Made by a program: the position numbers and the translations under genes
From: Chloroherpetonaceae bacterium
GTDB lineage: Bacteria > Bacteroidota > Chlorobiia > Chlorobiales > Thermochlorobacteraceae
NCBI GenBank assembly: GCA_046719715.1
Contig: JBDNCJ010000001.1
Coordinates: 9,592-73,591 of the forward strand
DNA length: 64,000 bases
Direction of reading: 5' to 3'
Notes under the pieces: generated by a model
Databases searched by the model: none
What the model saw: the letters and a program-made list of their open reading frames with translations, nothing else
What the model was told of the DNA's origin: nothing
Shown: positions 48,899-57,702 of the stretch, one piece after another
Numbering within the stretch: position 1 is the stretch's first letter
Layout: every line of letters starts with the position of its first letter

Positions 48899-50086
48899 CT
48901 AACGGCACTTCACCAATAAAATGGTTGAGTCGTCGCGCAGTGGCAAGTTGCCTCTGAATTGAGAAAGTTCGGACGAGAGACTTTCATAAAGGTCTTTCGC
49001 CGAAAGTGAGTCGGGTGCGGTTTTGAACCAATGCACCACGCGCTCGATTTGATATTCTTCGCCGTCTTCATTGAGCGTTTCGTTGACGCCGTCGCTAAAC
49101 AACAGGAAGCGGTCGCCGCGCTCGAAGAGGTAGGTTTCTACGGGGAAGGTCGCATTGTGTCGAAGTCCAAACGCAATAGCTTTGGGTTTGAGCAAGCGCA
49201 CGTCGCCAAGATTTTTTTGATGAAAGAGAATCGGTAAATGCCCTGCGTTGGCAACGGTGAAAATTTGTTTGCGAAAATCGAACAAGATACAGGCGAAACT
49301 GACGAACATTTTCGGGCGCGAGTTGTCGCAGATGTCGTTGTTGAGTTCGCGCATTAAATTTTCAAGCGAGGTGAAGTGGCGCAGTTCCGCGCGGAAGGCG
49401 GCTTTGGTAATCGCCATCAATAACCCTGCCGCCACATTATGTCCTGCCACATCGCCAACGGCGACAATCAATCGCCCGTCGCTAAGCCAAAACGCATCAT
49501 AATAGTCGCCGCCAACTTCGGTGGCAAAGTCGCTCTTGCCGTAAAGTTCAATCACTTCGTTTTGAATGTTGAGCGTCGGCAGAAAATCTTTTTGTATCGT
49601 TTGTGCTAAATCAATTTCCGCATCAAGTTTGGATTTCTCCTCGACGACCGAGCGAATGACGTAGTTCCACATCGAACCGCTGATGCCAATCAAGACCAGT
49701 GCTGTGAACGCCAGTGCGAACGACAGCAAATCAAACCATTGAACGGAGAACGTATTTATCACGCCCGTCGCGCCCATGTAGCCGCCAAATAAAAACGAGA
49801 TTGGAAGAGTGAGCCAAAAAAAACGACGTATTTCGGGGAAGAGAATCATAGAGAAAGTTAGACCTGAAATCGTCGCCCCAAAAACATACATGATAATCAA
49901 ATTTAGAGGCGTCAAAATTGATTTGAGCATCAGATGAATAAGAAAGAGCACGAGAAATGATGAAATGAAAGTCGCCGTCGCCGCCGTCGCACGTACTTTC
50001 AGTGGCAAGGTGAAAAAGAATTGATACTTCTCAAGCAGTTGCTCGTTGAACTTTGAAACGGAAAAACGGCGATGTGATGCGTTCAT
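48899..50086 (-). CDS. Membrane-anchored PP2C/SpoIIE-family phosphatase
   Basis: About four N-terminal TM helices, then GGDYYDAF, VGDVAGHNVAAGLLM and FSDGV.E blocks. Confidence 0.88.
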   Translation of the reverse strand: MNASHRRFSVSKFNEQLLEKYQFFFTLPLKVRATAATATFISSFLVLFLIHLMLKSILTPLNLIIMYVFGATISGLTFSMILFPEIRRFFWLTLPISFLFGGYMGATGVINTFSVQWFDLLSFALAFTALVLIGISGSMWNYVIRSVVEEKSKLDAEIDLAQTIQKDFLPTLNIQNEVIELYGKSDFATEVGGDYYDAFWLSDGRLIVAVGDVAGHNVAAGLLMAITKAAFRAELRHFTSLENLMRELNNDICDNSRPKMFVSFACILFDFRKQIFTVANAGHLPILFHQKNLGDVRLLKPKAIAFGLRHNATFPVETYLFERGDRFLLFSDGVNETLNEDGEEYQIERVVHWFKTAPDSLSAKDLYESLSSELSQFRGNLPLRDDSTILLVKCR

Positions 50087-50089
50087 CTC

Positions 50090-51715
50090 TTAAAGAATTT
50101 CCGATTGTTTTCGCACGGCACGAAAAAGGGTTGCAACTACGCCGAGAAGCGCGACGAGCAAACAGCCTTTTGGAAACCAATCCGTGTGGCGCACATAAAA
50201 ACTTTCGTCGTTGTAAAGTTCGACGGTTTCAACTGTGTAGGATTCTTTCCACCACTCGATTTCGCCGTAAGGTCGCCCGTATCGGTCAATGAAAAGCGAA
50301 ATGCCTGTATTGGCAGAGCGCGCCATCGCTCGTCGCGACTCGATACAGCGCAGTTTGGCAAACGCCGCGTGCTGATACGGTCCGTAAGATTTTGAAAACC
50401 AACCATCGTTGGTAATAACGGTGAGCATCGATGCGCCGCGTCGGACGAAGTCGGCGGTGAAAGCAGGGTAAATGGATTCGTAGCAAATCAATCCTGTTAC
50501 TTGAACTTGCGTGTTGGAGGTTGTCGTGAAGGCAAAGTTCAGCGTGTCTTTCCCAACGCCCCAACTTGAAATGCCCGCTACGGCGAAAGTTGCCGACGAG
50601 AAAAAAGGTAAGTATTGCATATACGGCACGCGTTCGGCAAACGGTACGAGTTTCATTTTATGATAGACCTGTGCGTTACCGGTTGAATCCAGAAGCATGG
50701 CGGAGTTGAAGGTGTCGTAGTATTGTTGTGCGTTTCGGTCGTATTTGGCGCCGAATTGACGCTGTGTGCTATCGGCATAATAGGTTGCGTCGGAAAATCC
50801 CGTGAGCAGCGGCGCGTTCCAGCGAGCAACGCTCGATACCAATCGCTCCCAAGCCTCCGACCCGCGCTGATACAAAATGAAATAAGGAATCGCGGTTTCG
50901 GGCCAAACCACCAAATCCACGCCGCCTCGCGCCGCCGAATCGCTCACAGCAAGGTGCTTCTCCAATACCGCTCGACGATTTGAGTTTTCCCACTTCGCAA
51001 ATGGGTCGATATTGGGCTGAATAACCGCAACTTTAATAACCCCTATCGGTTCAGGCTTCGGCAAAAGCAAGACGACGGTTGAATACAAAAGCGGCAAAAG
51101 AAACAAGAGCGCAATCGCACCATAAAGCGTTGATGGTTGAAGATGCGAAGGCGACGCAGAGGATTTGAGTTCCAGCAGATTGACGATGAGCACATTGAGC
51201 AAGACAATCCAAAAACTAATCGCCCACACGCCGAAGAGGTCGATGTATTGAATCAGCCACCAAAGATTAGCATGCGAGTTTCCGAGCGTAATCCACCCGA
51301 ATGAAATTTCTAAATCGAGATAAATCCACTCCCACGCCGTCCACAAGAATGGAAAAAGCCACAGCGCACGATTCCAACCGAGTCCTTTTTTGACGAAGAA
51401 AAAAACAATGAAGGGAATCGTCATGAAAAATGTTTGCGCAAAATACATCAAGAACCCGCCGAGAAATGTCGAAAGCGACACCCACCATACCGACACGAGC
51501 GTGAAACAAAGCATCGACAGATAGGTTGCGCGAAAATACGCCCCAAACTTTTCCACTGTTTTCAAGTGCAAAAGAATCGGCACGAAGCCAATCCACGCAA
51601 GGAACGGCGCGTGAAAAAACGGATACATCACGAAGGAAAGTCCGAGCAACGCCCCGCCCAGAAGCGAAGCGCGGAAAGAGGATAAATGGCTGACAGACAG
51701 GAAGGACACAGGCAT
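50090..51715 (-). CDS. lnt: Apolipoprotein N-acyltransferase
   Basis: Polytopic N-domain plus a CN-hydrolase domain (VVWPETA, LICYESIYP catalytic Cys). I chose the ATG at 51715. The track start at 51784 is a TTG. Confidence 0.88.
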   Translation of the reverse strand: MPVSFLSVSHLSSFRASLLGGALLGLSFVMYPFFHAPFLAWIGFVPILLHLKTVEKFGAYFRATYLSMLCFTLVSVWWVSLSTFLGGFLMYFAQTFFMTIPFIVFFFVKKGLGWNRALWLFPFLWTAWEWIYLDLEISFGWITLGNSHANLWWLIQYIDLFGVWAISFWIVLLNVLIVNLLELKSSASPSHLQPSTLYGAIALLFLLPLLYSTVVLLLPKPEPIGVIKVAVIQPNIDPFAKWENSNRRAVLEKHLAVSDSAARGGVDLVVWPETAIPYFILYQRGSEAWERLVSSVARWNAPLLTGFSDATYYADSTQRQFGAKYDRNAQQYYDTFNSAMLLDSTGNAQVYHKMKLVPFAERVPYMQYLPFFSSATFAVAGISSWGVGKDTLNFAFTTTSNTQVQVTGLICYESIYPAFTADFVRRGASMLTVITNDGWFSKSYGPYQHAAFAKLRCIESRRAMARSANTGISLFIDRYGRPYGEIEWWKESYTVETVELYNDESFYVRHTDWFPKGCLLVALLGVVATLFRAVRKQSEIL

Positions 51716-51969
51716 GGATAATGGTCGCTTTCTGAAATGCGCAATGATGTGGTTAGAAACGACTATTTCGTCTGTTTCTTTCAACGAAAATACGAAAAAG
51801 CCTTTGAAGAAAGGGCTGTGGTTGTGTTAAGTTTTCAGCGAAAAGAAAACGCTCAACAGCGACGGAAGTAACAACAGGAAGTATCGGCAGTATCAAAAAA
51901 ATCACGAAGTCAATGAGCTGTAAGCGTCGGGTAAGTTTTCATTAATTCAGCAAACAGGAGAATAACATT

Positions 51970-53076
51970 ATGGCTCTCTTTGGTGCAGCAGAAGCGACCG
52001 TCGCTCGCTCTGATTACGAAATCGTCCTCGAAGGCGGCACAAGCACGTGGGGCAAATTAAAAGCCCGTGCCACCATTAACGTTACGCCTGCAATTCCGCT
52101 TCTACCGACGGATTTGAATATCAAACTCAAATGTAAGCCGATTGGCGACAGCAAAGACGTGGTGCGCTTTTCGTGTCTCATCGAGACCGTCGTCGACAGC
52201 ACCGTCAAGAAACTCACGGTTGAAGCCGACATCGCCAACGAATCGGAAGAACGCCGCGTTGCGGTTGGAGATGGGGTCGTAACCGTCGGGGACTTTTCTC
52301 ATGCCTTCTCGTTTGAAGGCTCGGTAGTGAATCTTTATTACTATAAATCCGACGTCATTCGTCGCAACATTCCGAACCCGCGATACCTGCAAGGGCGACA
52401 ATTCCACGACATTCTGATGAAAATCCCGCTTGAAAATGACGACCTCATACAGACATGGGAAGCAACACTTTCAGGCATTCGAAATTCAGGACCGAACTTC
52501 GGCGACTGGATTCGAGACTTCTGGTTCATCGGACCTGCCTATAACGCCCTTGATGAAGGCGGACAACGCATCTCCAACTTGGAAGTGGTCAGCATTGGCA
52601 CACAAGGCACGCCCCAAGAGCCACTCGGCGTTTCTAATTGGAGATTCTCTAATGCAGGTTCCGGCGTCGTCGATGCGGTTTGCCGTTGGGTTGAACTCTT
52701 CCCTGTCGAGAAACTGCTCGGACGCGAAGCGGCCATCGAAGCCTCTTTCCGTTCCGATTCACAGGGAATCGAGGTGAAGGCGGACGGCAACTTGCCCGGC
52801 ATTTCCATTGATGCGGGCGGCGGATTGCGTCGTATCCTTAACCATCCGCTCATTCCGATTATCCATCACGGCATCATTGGCAAATACAACGAGTTCCGTG
52901 TGGATACGCAACTGACGATTACCTTGCCGTCCGGCTTCAAAATTCGTTATGCCGCACCGCAGTATCGAAATCAAGTCGGCGAAACTTACAAATGGTATGG
53001 AGGCACTTACGCAAAATGGGTCGAGCACATTTGCAAAGGCGGAACCGGACAATTTGAAGTGCTATATGCGCAATAG
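51970..53076 (+). CDS. fmoA: Fenna-Matthews-Olson bacteriochlorophyll a protein
   Basis: It is collinear over its 368 aa with my recollection of FmoA of green sulfur bacteria. Matching blocks are MALFG...SDYEIVLEGG, GDFSH.FSFEGSVVN, QGRQFHDILMK, DWIRDFWFIGPA, GGGLRRILNHPLIP..HHG, IRYAAPQYR and WVEH.CKGG.GQFE.LYAQ. An AGGAG Shine-Dalgarno sequence lies upstream. Confidence 0.93.
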   Translation: MALFGAAEATVARSDYEIVLEGGTSTWGKLKARATINVTPAIPLLPTDLNIKLKCKPIGDSKDVVRFSCLIETVVDSTVKKLTVEADIANESEERRVAVGDGVVTVGDFSHAFSFEGSVVNLYYYKSDVIRRNIPNPRYLQGRQFHDILMKIPLENDDLIQTWEATLSGIRNSGPNFGDWIRDFWFIGPAYNALDEGGQRISNLEVVSIGTQGTPQEPLGVSNWRFSNAGSGVVDAVCRWVELFPVEKLLGREAAIEASFRSDSQGIEVKADGNLPGISIDAGGGLRRILNHPLIPIIHHGIIGKYNEFRVDTQLTITLPSGFKIRYAAPQYRNQVGETYKWYGGTYAKWVEHICKGGTGQFEVLYAQ

Positions 53077-53235
53077 TTGCTCGCTCAGTCGGAGTTTGTT
53101 TTTCACATAGCGGAAACGGGTAACGCCGTCCGCACCACAGCGCGATGAAACACTCGCACCAAACATCTGCCCGAATAAAAGGTGTGCGCCTGAAAGAAGG
53201 GCTTTCCGAGACGGAAAAAAAAGATAATTCGCACG

Positions 53236-53267
53236 AAGACCGAATGGACGCATTCGGTCTTTTTTTA
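53236..53267 (+). terminator. Rho-independent terminator about 160 nt after the fmoA stop
   Basis: Perfect 11-bp stem AAGACCGAATG / CATTCGGTCTT with loop GACG, followed by a T-run. Confidence 0.85.
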
Positions 53268-53396
53268 TATGATATGACTTTTAAGCATTTGAATTTGCAC
53301 GACGAAAAAAAATGAGCATATTTGAAGCACAAACAAGAAAAACGTAAGTGGGTATTTATTCTCCCTCAGCGCAGGAGTTAATTATTCTCATCGCAC

Positions 53397-54644
53397 ATGC
53401 CACAGATTGACCTCTTCAGTTTGCTCGCCATCATCACGGTTGTAAGCGCGATTTTTTCTTACATCAACATTCGTTTTCTGCGATTGCCCAACACGATTGG
53501 CTTAATGGCGCTTGCGCTCGCGCTATCGCTCATCGTGATTGTGCTTGGCAAAATCAATCCAAGCGTGCTGGACTTGGTAACGGGAATTATGAACCGTGTC
53601 GATTTTTCCGAAGTCGTGCTGGAAGTGATGCTGAGTTTTCTGCTCTTTGCTGGCGCGCTGCATGTCGATATGGATAAACTCGCCGAGCAAAAGTGGGTGA
53701 TATTTTCCCTTGCAACGGTCGGCGTGATTCTTTCTACGTTCATTTTAGGGACGCTCTTTTTTTATGCGTGTCAACTCTTCGGCTATCCTGTGCCCTACAT
53801 CTACGCCTTGCTGTTAGGCGCGCTCATTTCGCCGACCGACCCAATTGCCGTTCTGGGGATTCTCAAAGAAGCCAAAGTGCCGAAGAACATTGAAATCGCC
53901 ATTACGGGCGAATCGCTTTTCAACGACGGCGTGGGCGTGGTCGTCTTTCTCTCGGTTCTTGAAATCGCAAAGTTCGGCGCAAACGAAGCCACCGTGAGTG
54001 ATACGACGATTCTCTTTGCGAAGGAAGTTTTTGGCGGCATCGGACTGGGGCTACTTTTCGGCTGGCTAACTTACAAATTGATGAAGTCCATCGACCACTA
54101 TCAAACCGAAGTGCTACTTTCGTTGGGGCTGGTGATGGGCATTTACGCGCTTGCACTTGCGCTTCACTTTTCTGCGCCGCTTGCCGTTGTCGCATGTGGA
54201 TTGTTCATCGGCAACACTGGGCGAAACAGTGCAATGAGCGACCAAACACTTCTGTATCTCGATAAATTTTGGGAACTCGTCGATGAATTTATGAACGCCG
54301 TGCTCTTCGTTTTAATCGGGTTTGAAATCGTGCTTTTAACCTTCATCGGCAAGTATTTTTGGCTGGGCATTATTACGATTTTTATTTCACTCTTGGCGCG
54401 ATGGGTTGCGGTGTCTGCGCCACTGTTTGTGTTGCGCTCGCGTACGAACTTTATTCCGAAAGTGGATTGGATTCTAACGTGGGGCGGATTGCGCGGCGGA
54501 ATTTCCATCGCCCTTGCGCTCTCAATTCCCGCAGAAATGAATCGCGAAGTGATTTTGTCGGTAACTTACATCATCGTCATTTTCTCAATTCTCGTTCAAG
54601 GTTTAACGCTCGGCAACTTGGTCAAACGGCTTAATCCAGCATGA
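53397..54644 (+). CDS. CPA1-family Na+/H+ (cation:proton) antiporter
   Basis: About 12 TM helices and the ISPTDP / NDG..VV blocks of NhaP-type exchangers. Confidence 0.85.
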   Translation: MPQIDLFSLLAIITVVSAIFSYINIRFLRLPNTIGLMALALALSLIVIVLGKINPSVLDLVTGIMNRVDFSEVVLEVMLSFLLFAGALHVDMDKLAEQKWVIFSLATVGVILSTFILGTLFFYACQLFGYPVPYIYALLLGALISPTDPIAVLGILKEAKVPKNIEIAITGESLFNDGVGVVVFLSVLEIAKFGANEATVSDTTILFAKEVFGGIGLGLLFGWLTYKLMKSIDHYQTEVLLSLGLVMGIYALALALHFSAPLAVVACGLFIGNTGRNSAMSDQTLLYLDKFWELVDEFMNAVLFVLIGFEIVLLTFIGKYFWLGIITIFISLLARWVAVSAPLFVLRSRTNFIPKVDWILTWGGLRGGISIALALSIPAEMNREVILSVTYIIVIFSILVQGLTLGNLVKRLNPA

Positions 54645-54744
54645 GACATCGCCTTTCTTTTGTCAAATTTTGATAAAGCATGGACAATAGAAGTTTCCAC
54701 CACATCATAAAAAACTTTGTAACTTTCGGTCTAAATTTTCTTCT

Positions 54745-55770
54745 GTGAAAGCACCCATCGGCATTTCCATCATCGGCGCGTCGGGCTATTCGGGCGCGGA
54801 ACTCGTGCGCTTCCTATTGCGCCACAAAGGCGTGCGTATTGATAAACTCTTTGCACAAGCCTCAGCGGGAAAATCGCTCGCCGACCTTTATCCCGAATTT
54901 CGCAATCGCTTGGAGAAAACATTGGAGCCATTCACGCTCGAAGCCGTTTGTGAGAGCGATTGTATCTTCATTGCCCTGCCATCAGGCGAAGCGATGAACC
55001 TTGTGCCTGAACTGCTTGAACGGGGCAAAACGGTCATTGATTTGGGTGGCGATTTCCGCTTGAAGAATGTCGAGCAGTATAAACAGTTCTACAAACACAC
55101 GCACACGGCGACGCATCTTTTGCCGATGGCAGTCTACGGTTTAGCCGAGTGGAATGCGACGCAAATCAAATCAGCAAAACTCATCGCCAATCCCGGGTGC
55201 TACCCGACCAGTGCGCTCTTAGCCCTTTTGCCCTTGCTCAAAGAAGAATGGATTTCTCCAACTGGTATTGTGATTACGTCAATGTCGGGCGTTTCAGGTG
55301 CGGGACGCAAAGCCGACCTCTCGCTCTCATTTGTTGAAATTCACGATTCGGTTAAAGCCTACAAGGTCGCTGAGCATCAACATCTGCCTGAAATTGCGCA
55401 AGCGCTGGAAGTCTTCACGGGGCAATCTGTATCGCTTTCCTTTGTGCCGCATTTGATTCCGATTTCACGGGGCATTTACACTACGATTCATGCCTCGCTT
55501 CAAAACGGCGCAAGCGAAGAAAAACTTTTTGACGCCTATCAACGCTACTACAAGCAATCGCCGTTTGTGCGATATTCCCGTTCAATCATTCCCGAATTGA
55601 AAGGCGTGGTGAATACGAATTTTTGTGATATTGGATTTCGGATTTCATCATCAACCAATCAAGTCATGATTTGCTCGGCGATTGACAATCTCGTCAAAGG
55701 CGCGGCGGGACAAGCGATTCAAAATTTCAATTTGATTTACGGATTTAACGAAACTGAATCTCTGCTGTAA
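54745..55770 (+). CDS. argC: N-acetyl-gamma-glutamyl-phosphate reductase
   Basis: GTG start, with IIGASGYSGAEL and the catalytic NPGCYPTS block. Confidence 0.93.
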   Translation: MKAPIGISIIGASGYSGAELVRFLLRHKGVRIDKLFAQASAGKSLADLYPEFRNRLEKTLEPFTLEAVCESDCIFIALPSGEAMNLVPELLERGKTVIDLGGDFRLKNVEQYKQFYKHTHTATHLLPMAVYGLAEWNATQIKSAKLIANPGCYPTSALLALLPLLKEEWISPTGIVITSMSGVSGAGRKADLSLSFVEIHDSVKAYKVAEHQHLPEIAQALEVFTGQSVSLSFVPHLIPISRGIYTTIHASLQNGASEEKLFDAYQRYYKQSPFVRYSRSIIPELKGVVNTNFCDIGFRISSSTNQVMICSAIDNLVKGAAGQAIQNFNLIYGFNETESLL

Positions 55771-56984
55771 TGGTAACATCATATAAGACAATTTCTGGCG
55801 GCGTATGTGCGCCCAAAGGCTTCAAGGCGAGCGCGTTACAAGTGCCAATTCGCAAACTCAAAAAAGATTTCGCGCTGATTTATTCTGAAAAGCCCGCCGC
55901 GGTTGCGGGTGTATTTACGCGCAATCGTGCCGCCGCTGCGCCCATTGAAGTGTGCAAAGCACAACTGAAAAAAACGGCGACATGCTCGGCGATTGTCATC
56001 AACTCTGGCAATGCCAACGCCTGCACGGGCGAAAAAGGCTTGCAAGACGCTTGGGCGATTGTGCGTGAAGTGGCAAACGCACTGCGCGTATCCGAATCCC
56101 AAGTGATGATTGCCTCTACGGGCGTTATCGGTCAACTTTTGCCGATTGAAAAAATGCTCTCCGTTATCCCACGCCTCTCGCTTTTGCTTTCGGAAGAAGG
56201 TGGAAGCGACGTTGCCGAAGCGATTATGACCACCGACCTCGTCAAAAAGGAGATTGCGATTGAATTTGAACTGGGTGGAAAAGACGTGCGCATCGGAGCG
56301 GTTGCCAAAGGCTCTGGCATGATTGCGCCCAACATGGGAACGATGCTGGCTTTCATTACAACTGACGCGGCAATCGCGCAACCGTTGCTTCAACAGGCGT
56401 TGAGCGTTACTAATCAAAAATCGTTCAATCGAATCAGCGTCGACGGCGACGAGAGCACCAACGATATGGTTGTGGTGCTTGCCAACGGACTTGCTGAAAA
56501 TCCGCTCATCGCCGAACACAACGATGAATACAAGCGGTTCGAGAAGGCGCTTGAATTTGTGCTCACCGAACTTGCTAAAATGATTGTGCGCGACGGCGAA
56601 GGCGCAACCAAGTTCGTAGAAATCACGGTAAGCGGCGCACGCAGCGAACACGATGCCGAAGTGATGGCGCGAACCGTCGCCAATTCCAGCCTTGTTAAAA
56701 CCGCGCTTCACGGCGAAGATGCCAACTGGGGCAGAATCCTTGCCGCACTTGGCTACTCGCGCATTGAGTTCCTTCCCGAAAAAGTTGAAATCCGCTTCGG
56801 CGATGTGCCCATTCTCAATCAAAATTTTGAAATCGTTTTAGATGAAGCGAGTGCCAAAGCCGAACTCTCGAAGCACGATATAACGGTCAAAATTAACTTG
56901 AACTTGGGAGAGGCTTCTGCCACGTTTTGGACGTGCGACCTTTCCGAGAAGTATGTGGAAATTAATGGCAGTTACCGCTCGTGA
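55770..56984 (+). CDS. argJ: Bifunctional ornithine acetyltransferase / N-acetylglutamate synthase
   Basis: Autoprocessing site PNMGTMLAFITTDA and the ...DGDESTND block. The start overlaps the argC stop (TAATG). Confidence 0.93.
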   Translation: MVTSYKTISGGVCAPKGFKASALQVPIRKLKKDFALIYSEKPAAVAGVFTRNRAAAAPIEVCKAQLKKTATCSAIVINSGNANACTGEKGLQDAWAIVREVANALRVSESQVMIASTGVIGQLLPIEKMLSVIPRLSLLLSEEGGSDVAEAIMTTDLVKKEIAIEFELGGKDVRIGAVAKGSGMIAPNMGTMLAFITTDAAIAQPLLQQALSVTNQKSFNRISVDGDESTNDMVVVLANGLAENPLIAEHNDEYKRFEKALEFVLTELAKMIVRDGEGATKFVEITVSGARSEHDAEVMARTVANSSLVKTALHGEDANWGRILAALGYSRIEFLPEKVEIRFGDVPILNQNFEIVLDEASAKAELSKHDITVKINLNLGEASATFWTCDLSEKYVEINGSYRS

Positions 56985-57072
56985 AAGTCACCTTACTTTT
57001 TAAGAAAAACAATTCTTTTTGCCTTGAAAATTAAGTCGTTCTGAAATTTTTTTCGGCAGTCGCAAAAAATAT

Positions 57073-57118
57073 TTATGCAAACTCTTGCATAATTATGCAA
57101 CAACGTGCATAATTGCAC
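57073..57118. promoter_or_regulatory. Putative ArgR operator: array of ARG-box-like half-sites
   Basis: The array reads TTATGCAA-actc-TTGCATAATTATGCAA (a perfect 16-bp palindrome, 57085-57100) -caac-GTGCATAATTGCAC. It lies about 100 nt upstream of the GNAT-argB-argF-argR transcription unit. Confidence 0.55.
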
Positions 57119-57204
57119 GCAATAGGTTTTGCTCAAAGTCCGATGTTAATTCATCGGGCTTTTTCTTTCTATTCTGTCTAAAAAACCGTTCAAAAGTCTT
57201 GGGA

Positions 57205-57702
57205 ATGCAAGCAAAATATTTCGTTAGTTCCGACAAATCACTGCTCGATCTTGACGTGATTCATACCTTTCTGACAAACTGCCACTGGGCGAAAGGCATT
57301 TCGCGCGAGTTGGTAGAGAAGTCGATTCAGCACTCGCTCTGTTTTGGGGTTTATGAAATGGCTGAAGGCGTGAGAACGCAGATTGGCTTTGCACGCGTCA
57401 TTTCGGACTTTGCCACATTTGCGTATCTCTCCGATGTGTTTGTGCTGGAATCGCATCGCGGCAACGATTTATCCAAACTGCTACTCTCTGAAATCATGAA
57501 GCACCATGAATTGCAAGGGCTTCGCCGATGGATGCTGGTAACGACCAACGCGCACGGGCTTTACGAGCAATTCGGATTTTCCGCGCCGATGCACCCTGAA
57601 AAAATTATGGAAATTTTTGTGCCGAATCTCTACGAGAGAGAAGCCGAACTGCTGGGTTCGATTGGCTCTGAAAAAAACTCTAATGTGACTGTTGTTCAAT
57701 GA
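57205..57702 (+). CDS. GNAT-family acetyltransferase embedded in the arg operon
   Basis: The internal ATG (MQAKYF) gives 165 aa. It has the GNAT core VFVLESHRGNDLSKLLL...HGLYEQFGF and a 4-nt ATGA overlap with argB. Confidence 0.75.
   Translation: MQAKYFVSSDKSLLDLDVIHTFLTNCHWAKGISRELVEKSIQHSLCFGVYEMAEGVRTQIGFARVISDFATFAYLSDVFVLESHRGNDLSKLLLSEIMKHHELQGLRRWMLVTTNAHGLYEQFGFSAPMHPEKIMEIFVPNLYEREAELLGSIGSEKNSNVTVVQ

Noticed and set aside
55836-56822. A 328-aa ORF antisense to argJ. Similar long antisense ORFs lie at 16692-17402 (ppx), 12509-13192 (rsmB), 39601-40287 (permease), 35127-35738 (TolC), 3885-4493 (MFS) and 5458-6078.
   Set aside because: Each lies entirely within, and antisense to, a gene with strong motif support. 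Their products are R/F/H-rich low-information sequences with no recognisable domains. These are classic shadow ORFs produced by codon periodicity of the sense gene.
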